From Octopus sinensis (lineage: Eukaryota), in contig NC_043011.1 in the NCBI RefSeq assembly GCF_006345805.1, positions 50,356,464-50,420,463 on the forward strand: a stretch of 64,000 nucleotides of DNA, read 5' to 3'. How positions within the stretch are numbered: position 1 is the stretch's first letter; each line of letters begins with the position of its first letter. Positions 1 to 13,182 of this stretch are shown here, piece after piece. The position numbers and the translations under genes are program-made. The notes below the pieces were generated by a model. The model was not told the origin of the DNA. It saw only the letters and a list, made by a program, of their open reading frames with translations, and ran no database searches.

Positions 1-103
1 AACAAAATGGTTCACATTTGTTTGATTAAAAATGTAATGGCAAGTATTTATTCCCCTTTACTTTCCTTTAAAAATCGGCACGAACTTTCTGGACAACCCA
101 ATA
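1..103 (+). mobile_element. Right end of a mariner transposon (transposase C-terminus plus TIR)
   Basis: 3-29 encodes QNGSHLFD*, a mariner-like C-terminus; terminus ...cacgaactttctggacaacccaa followed by TA. Confidence 0.7.
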
Positions 104-439
104 TTTTCTAAGCTTGTCAAATTCTTTTGCCGAGATATTATGATCACAAGGAATGTTCATATTACTCAATAAACAGACTTTAACGTTTCGATGTTTCACA
201 AGAATATCCGGTTTGTTAACTTTGATGGTCTCGTCCGCATGTACTGGAATGTCCCAAAAGCGTTACTTTTTCTCCTTCAGTTACATCCTCAGGACGATGC
301 TGGTACCATTTGTCAACAGTTGTGATTTTATAATGCTGATATATTACGGAGATATACTTGCATAGCAAGTGACCTGATCTGAGATCGTGTGTTGGAACGA
401 AAACAATTGCAGCGTGTGTCCTTTTACGCTAGCTCCTCC

Positions 440-613
440 GGCCCAAAACTAAAGAGAGCTGAATAACATGACTATAATACGTCTATAATGACTACATGTT
501 CCGGTGGTGTTTGATCAGAGGTTAAGGACGGATGACAATTAATTCTGTAATGCAATCATTCTATTGTTCCTTCCCAAGTTGAATTCCAACTTTTGGCCAA
601 TTTGTCCCAAATT
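440..613. repeat. Unclassified dispersed repeat; diverged inverted copy at 59698-59870
   Basis: Reverse-complement match, e.g. ggtggtgtttgatcagaggttaagga vs tccttaaccactgatcaaacacc. Confidence 0.8.
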
Positions 614-931
614 TCTCGACTTAAAATTATGGAAGAGAATGTCATTTATATTTCCCTTGATCGCTGACGTCATCGGTGAAACGCCAACCAGGTTGGCGCG
701 AATTACCCAAGCCGTGCTTGCTAGAAATAGTAACACAAACGCTTTTAAATCAGATCCCAATACTGGATTTCAAAAACCAAATGAAGGCCAAATTTTCAAT
801 CACGGATTTATCATGATTCCAAAAATGTATAATATGTCTATGTAAAAACAAATATAGACTGAGATGACAGAGAGAATTTCGCGTTTATTAATATAGATGA
901 ATTGAAATGAGAAAACTAAAGGGTGAAAAAG

Positions 932-1795
932 TTTTATGTAGATTTCGAATTGTCAAAAATTGTGGAATTAATATGTTTTTTTTTAATATCTTATTTGTAT
1001 AAACTAAATCAGTTACTCAGAAACTTCGTTCTTGGTTGAATGAATAATGTGTTGTTGTGGGTCAGAATTCCTATATTATTAGTTTGTTAAAGGATTGCTA
1101 GGCCATTGAGCTTTATGCATCTCTCACTTGATCCATAAAAACTCTACACTCTACTTACACACACACATGTTTGTGTTGACATACAATATATGTAGTTACA
1201 GACATTCCTCTCTGTTAATAGTATTATTGTTGTTGACAGTTATTCAAAAGGTGGTGGATTGGCAAATAGTATTAGTAGTGGAGATTGTATTGCTTTTAGT
1301 GCTGATAGCGTTGGTGATAGCGATGATGTTGATAATATTGCTAGTAACGGTGGTGGTACTCTGTTAATTTTATTATTTTATTTCATCTAAAGTCAACCCT
1401 TATTGCTCAACATATTGTCTTCTCCATTCTTACATTTCATACAATTTTTAATGTACCTATGATACCAAGTTATTTATTGTGATTGATTTTTCAAGATGTG
1501 GTTGCTTACATTGTTCGTAGCATTGTCACTGTAGATATTTAATATCACGTTAGTGGTGTTAGTATATATATATAAACCTCGCTAAGATAAATATTTCAAT
1601 TTCCTGAAGATTGACTGTAACCATAACTCGAATTATTACGAATTGGACAGCCATGAAACGATCGTAGTGTTTTATTCATTATCTTTTATTAAACTTTTAA
1701 TACTTTTGATATATATTTAAAATAATATAAATTAATTAATTTTATGTATTAAGTTTTTCATTGTTTGATTTGCCTAATAGTGGTTTCATTTCTAA

Positions 1796-1838
<43 letters not shown>

Positions 1839-2085
1839 ATATATCATTAATATTAATAATATGTACTAAAACTTATGTCAACACATTATCAACAGAATCC
1901 GTATTCGTGAAATTTTAGCTATTAAAACTCTAACAAAAAGAAACGCCAAAAGAATTTAACTTTAGACATTCATTCATTCAACCAAGAATGACGTTACTGA
2001 ATAACTGATTTAGTTTATACAAATAAGATATTTGAAAAAAACATATTAATTCCACAATTTTTGACAATTCGAAATCTACATAAAA
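932..2085. repeat. About 120-bp inverted repeat pair (932-1050 / 1966-2085), possibly MITE or foldback TIRs
   Basis: ttttatgtagatttcgaattgtcaaaaattgtggaattaatatg is the reverse complement of catattaattccacaatttttgacaattcgaaatctacataaaa. Confidence 0.85.
1575..1800 (+). mobile_element. Penelope-like terminal fragment with degenerate hammerhead, between TA tracts
   Basis: CTGAAGA 1604-1610, helix II tgactgt/acagcca, GAAAC-gatc-GTA 1655-1666, weak helix I; downstream tail resembles 58781-58865. Confidence 0.6.
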
Positions 2086-2304
2086 AGGAAAATAAAACAA
2101 TAAAACAGCGAAGCTAGAAACTCAGTATATTTATACACTAAAATTGATAACGTCACTAACTATCTAAAGAACAAAAGCTGCAGACAGAAATTATACGTTC
2201 TGCTTAATAGATAAATAAAGAATAAAATAACAGATAATAATTCTACGTCATGCTTAATAGAAACTTGTATAATTTACCTCGCAGAAATTAATTACCGATT
2301 TATT

Positions 2305-2643
2305 TGCGCATGGCTCAGTGGTTAGAGCGTCGAGCTTACGATCGTGAGGTTGTGAGCTCGAATCCCGAACCGGGCTGCGTGTTGTGTTCTTGAGCAAAGC
2401 ACTTTATTTCACGTTGCTCCAGTTCACTCAGCTGTAGAAATGAGTTGCGACGTCACTGGTGCCAAGCTGTATCGACCTTTGTCTTTCCTTTGGATAACAC
2501 TGGTAGCGTGGAGAGGGGAGACTGGTATGCATGGGCGACTGCTGGTCTTCCATAAACAACCTTGCCCGGACTTGTGTCTAAGAGGGTAACTTTCTAGGTG
2601 CAATCCCATGGTCATTCATGACCGAAGGGGGTCTTTACCCTTT
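2305..2643 (+). mobile_element. tRNA(Arg)-like-headed CORE-type SINE
   Basis: A-box tggctcagtgg, anticodon-like ACG, B-box-like gctcgaatcc, CORE-like gtgttcttgagcaaagcactttatttcac...cagctgtagaaatgag. Confidence 0.75.
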
Positions 2644-3327
2644 ACAATAGCGATTGACCATATTTTATAATAACTGAAGAATTATTATAGTCAACAACGT
2701 ATACAACCACCGAGGATTTCACGGGATAATTAAGAAATAGAAATTACAGAAAAGACAATCAAATATCTATTTTTTCTTAATAATAATCTCTTATATAGGA
2801 TTGAACTTCATTGACTAAAAACTGAAAAGTTTTAATTAATAATATCATGTATATATATCTATGTGTATATAAATATACATATATATGTATATTTATGTAT
2901 ATATTAATGCCACTGAAACAAGTGTTGGATTTTTAAGGCGTCATCTAAAATAAAGACATGATTTTCTTCATACATATTGATTGCTATTAATACTCTGAAT
3001 TTCTTAAAATTCTGTATGAGGATTGTTGGATTTACCTGCCATCCATTAGGATTTACCTGAGATTTGTATTCTGCATATATTTACTGGTATCTGCATGTTG
3101 GAAATTTAACCTTATTCCTTTATACTGTTGTGCTTAACCTTATTCCTTGATATCTGCATGAATTTTAATCCAATATATATATATATATATAATATATATA
3201 TATATATATAATATATATATATACCGGAGTAAACACATAAATGTGAAACAAGGTGGAAAAAAGAGTACTCAAATACCAGTGGTAGAGTAATATGCTTTAT
3301 TTAAAGCAGCAGAAAATTCAACAAAAC

Positions 3328-3365
3328 CTGTTACTCTGAGTTTCCCGTTGCCGTTCATCGGACAG
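3328..3365 (-). ncRNA. Type I hammerhead-like ribozyme, CCGAUGA core variant
   Basis: Minus strand: ctgt CCGATGA a cg-gcaa-cg g GAAA c tcaga GTA acag; helix I ctgt/acag. Confidence 0.65.
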
Positions 3366-3388
3366 TTTTTGCTAGAATCTAGCAAAAA

Positions 3389-3426
3389 CTGTCCGATGAA
3401 CGGCAACGGGAAACTCAGAGTAACAT
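3389..3426 (+). ncRNA. Type I hammerhead-like ribozyme, CCGAUGA variant (mirror copy)
   Basis: ctgt CCGATGA a cggcaacg g GAAA ctcagaGTA acat. Confidence 0.6.
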
Positions 3427-3650
3427 GTTTTGTTGAATTTTCTGCTGCTTTAAATAAAGTATATATATATATTTATTTATATACATATATATATACTCAT
3501 AAAATGCAGTGTACATTTAAACACATAAGGAATCCTCTCGTGGGATTCAGCACGTTAGAAAGAACAGCTAGGTTCTATAACCACAAAATTAGAGATAAAA
3601 TCCCGACAGGAACGAAATGAAAAAATAAAAAAACTTTTACCATCTAGATT

Positions 3651-3723
3651 CCTGGACCAATTGGTTTCTGATTTTAGTTTAGCAAATAAATAATATTCGC
3701 TAGGTGAAATCTTCTTCAACAGG
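3651..3723 (-). ncRNA. Type I hammerhead ribozyme, UUGAAGA core, long helix II, in a PLE-like tail (about 3508-3730)
   Basis: Minus strand: cctg TTGAAGA a gattt...tagcgaata/tatttgcta...aaatc a GAAA ccaattg GTC cagg; palindromic helix III ACCAATTGGT. Confidence 0.75.
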
Positions 3724-4393
3724 TACACCTTAGATTAAATATATAAAACACGAGGCACTCAGCTATGTGCCTTTGTTTATACATCCTAATTTTTTTCAAA
3801 ATCTACTGCGCAGACGCAGCCCCTCGTCGCCAATGAAAATATACCAACTTTTAAAATTCAAATTATCCAAAAACTTACAATACATTCACACATTGTGAAG
3901 GATCTGTAAGTATCCATACCTAGCTGGAAGTGTGTGTCGCTTTTCATAAATCTGTAATGGTATACCTAAAAACGTTTGTTTAGAATTTGTTCCTTTGAAA
4001 TCTAGAAATTCACCTTTGGACAGCTATGTTTGTAAGCTCATGGACCATTCCTATTCTTTCATTTTGCACATTTCTGCCTACATTCATTTGTCCAATTCCT
4101 ATTGGTGTGAATGTGTTAACAGGCTGGCCATTTCGAAACATTTCCCTCTAACTTTCTCTCCCTTTGTCACCTCACACTCCTCTCTCTCTCTCCTAATTTT
4201 CCCTCTCTCTCTTTTTCTTTCTCACTCTCCATGTTTTCTTTTCTTTCTCTCTTCCTCTTTTACTATCTCAGGTGTGTATTGATATATTTATTCGTTTTCC
4301 CCTAATTATCTTCTGTTATTGCTGATCACTATAGTCTTACCATTATTTCTTATATATTTACATATGCATACATATACATACATACATACATGC

Positions 4394-4426
<33 letters not shown>

Positions 4427-4687
4427 CAAACATATATATATATATATGTATGTATGTAGAGAGACTGACCAGATTATGCTGATACATACACTAATCACAT
4501 CGTTTGAGCCTCCGAATGACGCCACCCCGCTGGCCACGCGAGTATACCATCATTATTTTCTCCACTTATTTCTGTCACCATACGTACATGTATACATACA
4601 TAAAGAAATAGAACATAAGTAAGCAGAAAGTATAATTTCAAATACGATTTGTTCTCAAACCCCGTTTCAATTGAACTTTTTGAGGTA

Positions 4688-4767
<80 letters not shown>

Positions 4768-4815
4768 TATACATGTGTATATGTGTATGTATATAGCTAT
4801 GTATGTATATTTATG

Positions 4816-4870
<55 letters not shown>

Positions 4871-4985
4871 TATATATAATATATATATATATAATATATA
4901 TATATAATATATATATATTATATATATAAATATATACATGTGTATATGTGTATGTATATAGCTATGTATGTATATTTATGTATAT

Positions 4986-5045
<60 letters not shown>

Positions 5046-8000
5046 ATATGTATATATATATATGTATGTATGTGCTCACCCAATATTTATTGCATTGTAC
5101 TAATGAATTTAGGTTTAGCGATGTGTTAATAGAGGTTTTGAATAACTTGGTTGTACTTTATCATGTTGAAACATGAATTTAGTATATGGAAAGAAGGCGG
5201 ACAGCTATCAGAATCATTAACCCGCCTGGCAATATGGTCGGCGGCACTTCGTCTGTCGTTATGATCTGATTTTAAATTCCGCTGACGTTGACTTTCAATT
5301 TCATCCCTTCGAAGTCGATAAAATAAGTACCAATCGAGCACCAGTGTCAAGGCAATCGACTTAAACATCCCTTTATATTGCTGGCCTTGAGCCAAAATTT
5401 GAAACCAATTCGGTATATTGAAATAAATACTTGTGTATATAGCATCGTACCTGTATGCGCGCATGTGTTTATTCCTTCTCATCTTTTACTATGATAACAT
5501 TATTCAACTATGTCTTTCATCTTGTAGCTATGTACAATCTCCGGTCAACAGCAAAAGCAAGCATCACTTTTTTGGGGGTTTTTTTGTATTCTAATGTGTA
5601 AGAACAACAACAAGGCAAATAACTCCTTATTCTTTAACCGGAATGGAAAAAAAACGGAAAGGAAATGTTACTGAATGATTTAACAACACTATTAGTACCA
5701 GGTAAGATATAAACTTTTCCACATATACTGCGAACACTCTCCTCTAGTGACTATGAGCAACTTTTACCAATCAGTCAGAGATCGTACCAGATTACGTGGT
5801 AGTGGAAGTCAACAATAGACGCCAGTTTTATCTGTATGCAGCGGAACATCCCCATCTTGAAAGACAATCATTTTTTGAGTGAATAAATAATTCCAATTTT
5901 GCACTACATCCAGTTTGGTATACACTAAATAATAAGTTACTCTACATGCTTATTATATGTAACTATACTCAGACTAAGACGCTTCAAATAGAATATATTA
6001 CGTTCTTCCTTTAATCATAACATATTTCTCTTGTTTTATGACATCTTTTGTATCTTCCGCTATTGGTTGTTTCATTGTTAAGTTGCTTTGTCGTCTTAAA
6101 TTAATTTCATTTCATTTATTAATGACAGATTTGATAAGTTATTAATCCAGGTGTTTCTCGCTTAAACTCACTGCAGTCGTATCTTCCGCAGAAATGGAAG
6201 TATAATGCACTCGCCGTTCACCAGTTATCAACGACTTTGGATTTCAAATAAATTTGCTTAATGCACCTGCTTTTATCTTTTGTGTCTACACATTATATTT
6301 CATCGTTCTGTAATACATTTCTGTTTCATTATTTTTGTGTTTCTTTTTTTCCTCGAATTTGTTTAAGCCAAAGTATTTTTCTCTAATCATTCCTTTCATG
6401 CTGTTCTATTTACTATACTGAATTCAGTTTTGAAAAATATCAATAGATTTTAAAACTATTTCAATACATTTTAAAACTATTTCAATATATTTTTAAAAGT
6501 ATATCAATGAAATGGAATATTCCTATAAAATTTGGAACCTTTATATAATATCGATAATAAATTCCTTGTAATTCGTGGTTTTATAAAAATACAAAAATAG
6601 AAAACCAACAGAAACAACAGAAAATGAAAGGAAATACAATGAATTTACATAATTGAAAAATCTTCTAAAATCAACACCGAAAACAAGAGAAATATCACAG
6701 GAACATTTTCAATTGTTATGATAACAGCTTCTATCAAAATTAGTTTGTTGATTTCACACGAAACCAATAGAAATAATAACAGGTTACTTAATAACTTGTT
6801 TAACAGAAATAGTTTCTACATTTCTGGTTTCAGCTGTAAAGAGATTAAGTCAATAGAACGAAGCGTGGTACAAGTATAACTGAAAGATCAATAGTTCGAA
6901 ATCATTTAATGACTCAGTACAATGCTCACGAGGAGGGTAAAATCTCACTGAACGTCAACATGATCTCTAGCATTGCATCACTAAAATTGAGATGAAGGTC
7001 GAAATCTGTTTGCATGCTAGAACATTTTTTCGGAAACAGCGATATAAACAGAGAGAGAGAGAGAGAGAGAGAGATGGGGAGGGAGAGAAATAAAAATGTT
7101 TGGGGGAAAATGGTAGATTGATGATGGTGAAAGAGAGAAAGAATAAAAGAAAGAAAGAGTATAGTTAACTGAATTGAGACCGGTGTATAACTGGTACAGA
7201 TATCTTCATAATCCCGAGTAGTCGAAAACTAGGCATAGATAGTGATCTTATGAATAAGGAGTTACAGTATGGAATATCTACCATTCCATGACATATAACA
7301 TATTTACCATCCAACCAGTCAGGCGGTCTACATGACCACCTGACTTGCAACGAATAACAGCAAAGTCTCTCAAATCACAGCTTATCACCTTAAAATAGAA
7401 TGAACAAATTGGATAATGTAGTCCTAGACACATTTTGTCTTAACAATGCGAAAACATTGGACAAGACGAGATGGTCCCCTCTTGAAGGCTTTTCAATCGT
7501 AGTCATAGTCTTTTCGATCTATTTGTGAGAACAAAATCAATGAGAACTATTTAGTTCTTTCCAACACTTTGTTGTTATTTGAAAAGTGTTCAAAATTTCG
7601 GTGTGACGTTCATTTTGAACATCATTTCGGTGTGACGTTCAAAATTATTAGCAGAGGAGGCATTTGTTGTTATTGCTTCGTTCTAGTTCACTCCCGCCTA
7701 TAAAGTAAACATGGTTAAAGTCATTGCATCCGTAACCATCGTCTCTTCATTTTTTGTTTCAGAAATAGTGTACCTAGGACTATATTGTCCAATGTGTGTT
7801 TCCCTTTTAAAACATTCTACAGAGTATGAGTTCAGGAAGATTTTTATTCAAGGAGAAAAAGGAAGTTACTAGAAGTGATAAATGGTTTAGTGGAGGTTTT
7901 AATGTACAAAGTCCCAAAGATCAGAGAGACGTACCCGTTCGCTGTCATGCAGAGTGTGCAGAGGGAAAGGTGAAGTGGCTGGCGAGTCGAAGGTAAAAAA

Positions 8001-8771
8001 AAAGCCCAAAAACATTTGAGGTTATTCTACCTGGTGTAAAGATGGAAAGACAGAGAGCGATGGAGCCCCAACAATAGAAGCATATCTTTTAGAGCTTGCC
8101 CTCCTAACACCACTTCCACTCGCGCCAACAGTGGCGGTAATAAAAGTTCCTGTAATCCTCTTTGTTGTCGATCACAGAAAAGAAACATCACAAGTTCTTC
8201 TTTCAGCAACACTACAATATAGGTTACAGTTTCATACATGACAGAAGTAATTGCAATCATTATCTCAGAAGGTAAGCTAACGATCAGATGTCATGTTCCC
8301 CTGCTACAGTAACCGTAGTAACCAGCAGCACAACCAGTACTACAAAACACCACTAGCACCAGCAGGTTCAGTAGCATCAGCGACACAGTTTTGTGATGAT
8401 GAAGAGTAACAATAAGAAAATCTGCCGGAGGGAGACTCAAAAGCAAAAAGAAAAAAAAAACAGAAACATATCTTGAAGAAGCAAAGAAAGCAACAAAAAT
8501 TAGTGAAGAATCTCTCAATTAGAGAAACGTTTCTTCTTTGCTGTACACAACAGCGATTAGTATATTTTGCATTTCAGTTGGAACAAAAACAACCGATGAA
8601 CTATCTCAGTAATATAGTCATCTGTCCATCTTTTTTTACCATTATTCTTAGGAAGGTATTGGAGGTAGAATCCTAAGGGATCTACACCCACTACATTTCA
8701 TAGGGTCTCATAAGAAGAAGCGTCATGAGACATTCTGGATCCATTCCCAAGCGAAGCCAACTGAGTCTGGC

Positions 8772-8982
8772 CTATTCCTATGTGTCTTGCTTGTTGGCTC
8801 ATGGTCTATTGCTATGTTCTTGGTCTATTCCTATGTTCTTGGTCTATTCCTATGTTCTTGGTCTATTCCTATGTTCTTGGTCTATTTTTATGTCCTTGGT
8901 CTATTCCTATGTTGTTGGTCTATTCCTATGTTCTTGGTCTATTCCTATGTGTTTATTCCTATGTGTCTTGCCGGTTGGCTCA
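8772..8982. repeat. 19-bp minisatellite (ggtctattcctatgttctt, about 8 copies) bracketed by a duplicated 29-bp flank
   Basis: Adjacent units with no spacers; tattcctatgtgtcttgc..gttggctca at both ends. Confidence 0.9.
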
Positions 8983-9037
8983 GCATAGGGCTGTAGCTAT
9001 CGTCTCTCCGTACAGAGAAGTACATACTCAATAAGGA

Positions 9038-9283
9038 TAGACTCAACAGGGATTGAGTAACTTTACGCCTGAGATCCTACGGAGGAATCCTATTTCGCCC
9101 GCTTGTATTAGCGACTATTTTCTTGTGACCATTACTCAAAAGTTATAAGCGTAGGCGAGGATAGGCACGGAAACCGATTTGAAGATAACAAATTTGATTA
9201 TTTTCAACCAAATTCAGTCCTTCTGAGACAAGCAGACTTCGTGCAAGTAAGTGAAGGAGAAGAGATTTATTGTGTTGAGTCTA
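9038..9283 (+). other. Candidate structured RNA element of unknown class
   Basis: 11-bp closing stem 9038-9048/9273-9283, long G-U-containing stem 9089-9107/9144-9165, pseudoknot 9053-9060/9132-9139, several further hairpins. Confidence 0.4.
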
Positions 9284-9701
9284 CCGAAGACTAACTCTTC
9301 GTAAGTTTAGGTTTTGCGCATTATGAAACACCAATTAGATCGGGCGGGACGCGGCCCGTTTCGCTTTTCGGCATTGAAAACTTATAGGCCCTTTCCGGAT
9401 GACATATTTTCAGTACCTTGTGAACACGATCGGTTCTGTAATGAGGTAATAATATTATCTGTAAGTAGACATATTTTCGTTTGAAATACACATAGGCACA
9501 CATACACTCATATATTCAAACTGATACATACACACTTATATATGCAGATGCATACAGACAGACAGACAGATAAATAGATAGATAGATAGACATGTACATA
9601 ACTTCAATATTTATGTTAGCTTGTCTCTTTATCGTTATTCAGATGCTTGCACATACCCACACACACATACAACACATACACACACATATATGTATATACA
9701 T

Positions 9702-9785
<84 letters not shown>

Positions 9786-9939
9786 CATGTACATATATAT
9801 ATGTATGTATATATATATACATACATATATATATGTGTGTGTGTCTGTTTGTATATATATATAATATTATGTATGTATATATATATACATACATATATAT
9901 ATATATGTGTGTGTCTGTATGTATATATATATATACAGG

Positions 9940-9973
<34 letters not shown>

Positions 9974-10560
9974 ATATATATATATATACTACATATATAT
10001 ATGTACATGTATATATATATATATATAATATATATATATATATATAATATATATATATATATGTATATATATATACATATACACACACACTTCTTGAATT
10101 AATTACGATGGATGTTTTTTTAAAAACTTAGAAAAGAAAATCAAACTAAGAAGGAAGTCAAATTAAAATAAAATGCAAGACGAACCCCACTCAAAAGTAA
10201 ACAATTCCTGCAATCAAAATCCATTTGAAATAAATTCTTAAAACATTGTGGATATTTTAAACAGTTCACTTTAATTAAATCTAGTAATTAATTTGTATTG
10301 AAACGAGATTTCATGTAAATTGACTCCAGATTGACTGATTCATGCTATCGTCAGCTGGAAGTGATGGAGTTGGTGCTGGTAGTGGCGCTGATGCTGGTGG
10401 TGGTGTTGTTGTTGTTGCTGTTGTTGTTGACGACGGTGCTGGTGGTGGTGGGATGATGGTGTGGATAGAGGTATTAATTATTGCGATGACATTGGTTGTG
10501 GCGGCGGGTGTAGTGAGCTCCAGAATTTAAAAGCATGGCTTGAGATATTTTCAACACTGC

Positions 10561-10817
<257 letters not shown>

Positions 10818-11344
10818 TCGATACATAAATATATAAATATATACATTAACATATATGTAGAGTGTATGTATATATATGTGTGTGTGTACGTGCGTGTATG
10901 TACATCCACATCTGTATATGTGTAAGTATATAAATATATATATGTGTGTGTGTGTATGTACATGTGCGTGCGTGCGTGTGCATGAGCGAGCATATGCGAG
11001 TTTGCCTGAAGGTTTATCACTAATACCAAACGATGTTTTAACATGGCTTGCATCACCTTATTTTCGCTGTCATTTGCTGTTTCTGCTGTTAATTTCTATT
11101 GTTGTTTCGCGACCACAATGATAACAAACGATAACGGCGGCGAAGGCGGAGGTTGAGATGGTTTTGGTGCAGAAGGTGGTGGCGAAAGTGGTGGCGATAG
11201 TGTTTGTAATTGCGGTACTGGTGGTAGTGAGGGTCGCAATGATTATGATGATGCTGATGATGATGGCAATGAGAGACCGGTGGAAGAAGAGGAGGTCAAG
11301 AAGGATTTGTTTAAGTCCTCGTATGGCTCATGTGTTATCTACCC

Positions 11345-11411
11345 CCTTTTACTCTTTTACTTGTTTCAGTCAATGTTGGGGGGACAAACATAGACACACA
11401 AACATATACAC

Positions 11412-11463
<52 letters not shown>

Positions 11464-11610
11464 CATACATATACGACGAGTTTCTTTCAGTTTCCATCTA
11501 CCAAATCCACTCACAAGGCTTTGGTCGGCCCGAGGCTATAGTAGAAGACACTTGCCCAAGGTGCCACGCAATGGGACTGAACCCGGAACCATGTGGTTCA
11601 TAAGCAAGCT
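11345..11610 (-). mobile_element. tRNA-headed CORE-type SINE with internal CA/TA microsatellite, internally deleted copy
   Basis: Matches 22245-22750 and 19060-19480; CORE-like gacacttgcccaaggt on the + strand. Confidence 0.8.
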
Positions 11611-11676
<66 letters not shown>

Positions 11677-12169
11677 ACACGTATGTAAACAAACAAGCTT
11701 GTTTTCATAGTATGGGGTTGATTTCTAATCTAGGTATGTTCAAGTATAGAATTTGACCACAGTCCATATTTGATCTCTAGGTTCTAGTTACTGCATGAAC
11801 TTTGGTTTTACAGTCTGTGAATGGACATTCTTCCCTAGTCTTTTCATGAACTTATGTCACTGATCTATAGCCTAAAGTCACTTCACCACACTTCCAAGTA
11901 TGATTTTTTCACTGATTTTTCGCTGTATCTCGGCATGGACTTTTCTGAAACTCTTACAATGTGTTTTACCAATACAACGAGAGTGCACCTTGGACAAACT
12001 TTCTGCACATGCTGTACAGAAATCTGATATTCTCTTCAATAGTTTTCTCCTCTAAAAGGTCTCTGTACGAGATTTACTCAAACTTTCTATTTCAATAGTT
12101 CATACAAATAAGGCGGCGAACTGGCAGGGTCGTTACTCACACAACCCCAAACCCTAACCTGCAGCTTTC

Positions 12170-13010
12170 GAAACCATACCAGCTACCCTCTAGGAAGATC
12201 CTACGTCTCATGGGTCGTGATATACAGAGCAACTTTAAACCATCAGATAGCATTACAGGGCACTATACAGCCATGAGGGCCAATGACTTCAAGGAAAGCT
12301 ATTTTTAGCACTTGCAGACACGAGACTGAAGAGACTGGAAGGAATCAGTTGCTCTATGGAGCCTGAAAGATATATCATCATCCAGGGAGCAAGAACGGCT
12401 GACTGTGCTGCCCAGGTAGACAAACTTGTCTAATTTCAGTATTGTTCCGTCAACCAAGATAGCTGGTCCCACATGTAGATTTCCTGGTGCAGGCTGGAAC
12501 ATTATAACAGTCTTATCCAGGCTAATTCTGAATCCAAGTGCCTTGCAAGAAGCAGAAATACGATTCATAAGTATTTGCATGTCATCCACTGTACGAGTGA
12601 CTAAGTTACAGTCATCTGCATAAAGGAGGTCACGAATAAGAAACTGGAAAACTTTTGAATTAGCAGCAAATCAGAGCAGATTAAAGAGGAAGCCAGAATA
12701 TCAACACCTGACATATATTCCCAAAGCATGAGTAAAAACAGCAGCAAAGAACTAAGGGTAGAGAGTTGGGACAAGAATGGCACCCTGCTTGACACCTTTC
12801 TCTACAGGAATGGTTCCCGCTATACAACCACCGACATTGACCCAAGCGCCCATTTCATCTAGAAATTATTTAATTATAGATACAATTTGATCTGGACATC
12901 CACGTTTCCCAAGTATTTTCCATAGCAAGGCCCTATTCACAATTAAATCAATGAATACCTGGACAAGATTCATATTCTGCTAATAGCAGAATATATGTCC
13001 ATATCTGCTT
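12170..13010 (-). pseudogene. RTE (BovB-like) LINE reverse transcriptase fragment
   Basis: LWKILGKRGCP, GVKQG, LLYADD, DKFVYLGSTVSRSCSLDDDISFR; contains stops and frameshifts. Confidence 0.9.
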
Positions 13011-13026
13011 TATTTTTAGTATATAT

Positions 13027-13064
<38 letters not shown>

Positions 13065-13097
13065 CCAAGAAAAAAGCAACAAGAATGGATTGGTAGA

Positions 13098-13182
13098 TTA
13101 GTACAATTGTTTCATACTATAAACATTTTATTTCAAGCTGCAAATATTACAGCAAATATAATGTCAAGTATTCATCAGCTAA
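13098..13182 (-). ncRNA. Canonical type I hammerhead ribozyme in a TA-flanked PLE-like fragment (about 13063-13550)
   Basis: Minus strand: ttag CTGATGA atact...gctg/cagc...agtat GAAA caatt GTA ctaa; palindromic helix III ACAATTGT. Confidence 0.85.

Larger units (their letters stand above)
3224..3464. mobile_element. Penelope-like terminus folded back as a palindrome (3290-3464, centre 3377) in a TA tract
   Basis: Near-perfect 87-bp arms around gctaga-a-tctagc; flanked by (TA)n. Confidence 0.8.

Noticed and set aside
175-295. Hammerhead on the minus strand (CTGAGGA...GAAACGTT)
   Set aside because: No helix I pairing and ambiguous helix II
2305-2385. Functional tRNA genes (also at 34965, 41280, 46322)
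   Set aside because: Incomplete cloverleaves continuing into SINE bodies
5520-5706. Possible host exon ending at cag|gtaag (other splice-like sites near 32432, 46614, 53277)
   Set aside because: No recognisable coding content; splice-like motifs alone are expected by chance
7860-8520. LINE ORF1/gag-like remnant (..FRACPP)
   Set aside because: Too degenerate to support a call
8772-8982. CRISPR-like array
   Set aside because: 19-bp units are adjacent with no unique spacers; eukaryotic context and no cas genes
9038-9283. Telomerase RNA or RNase P RNA
   Set aside because: Minus-strand topology resembles a telomerase pseudoknot but there is no CUAACCCU template; aaccaaattcag resembles RNase P CR-V but there is no matching CR-I/P4
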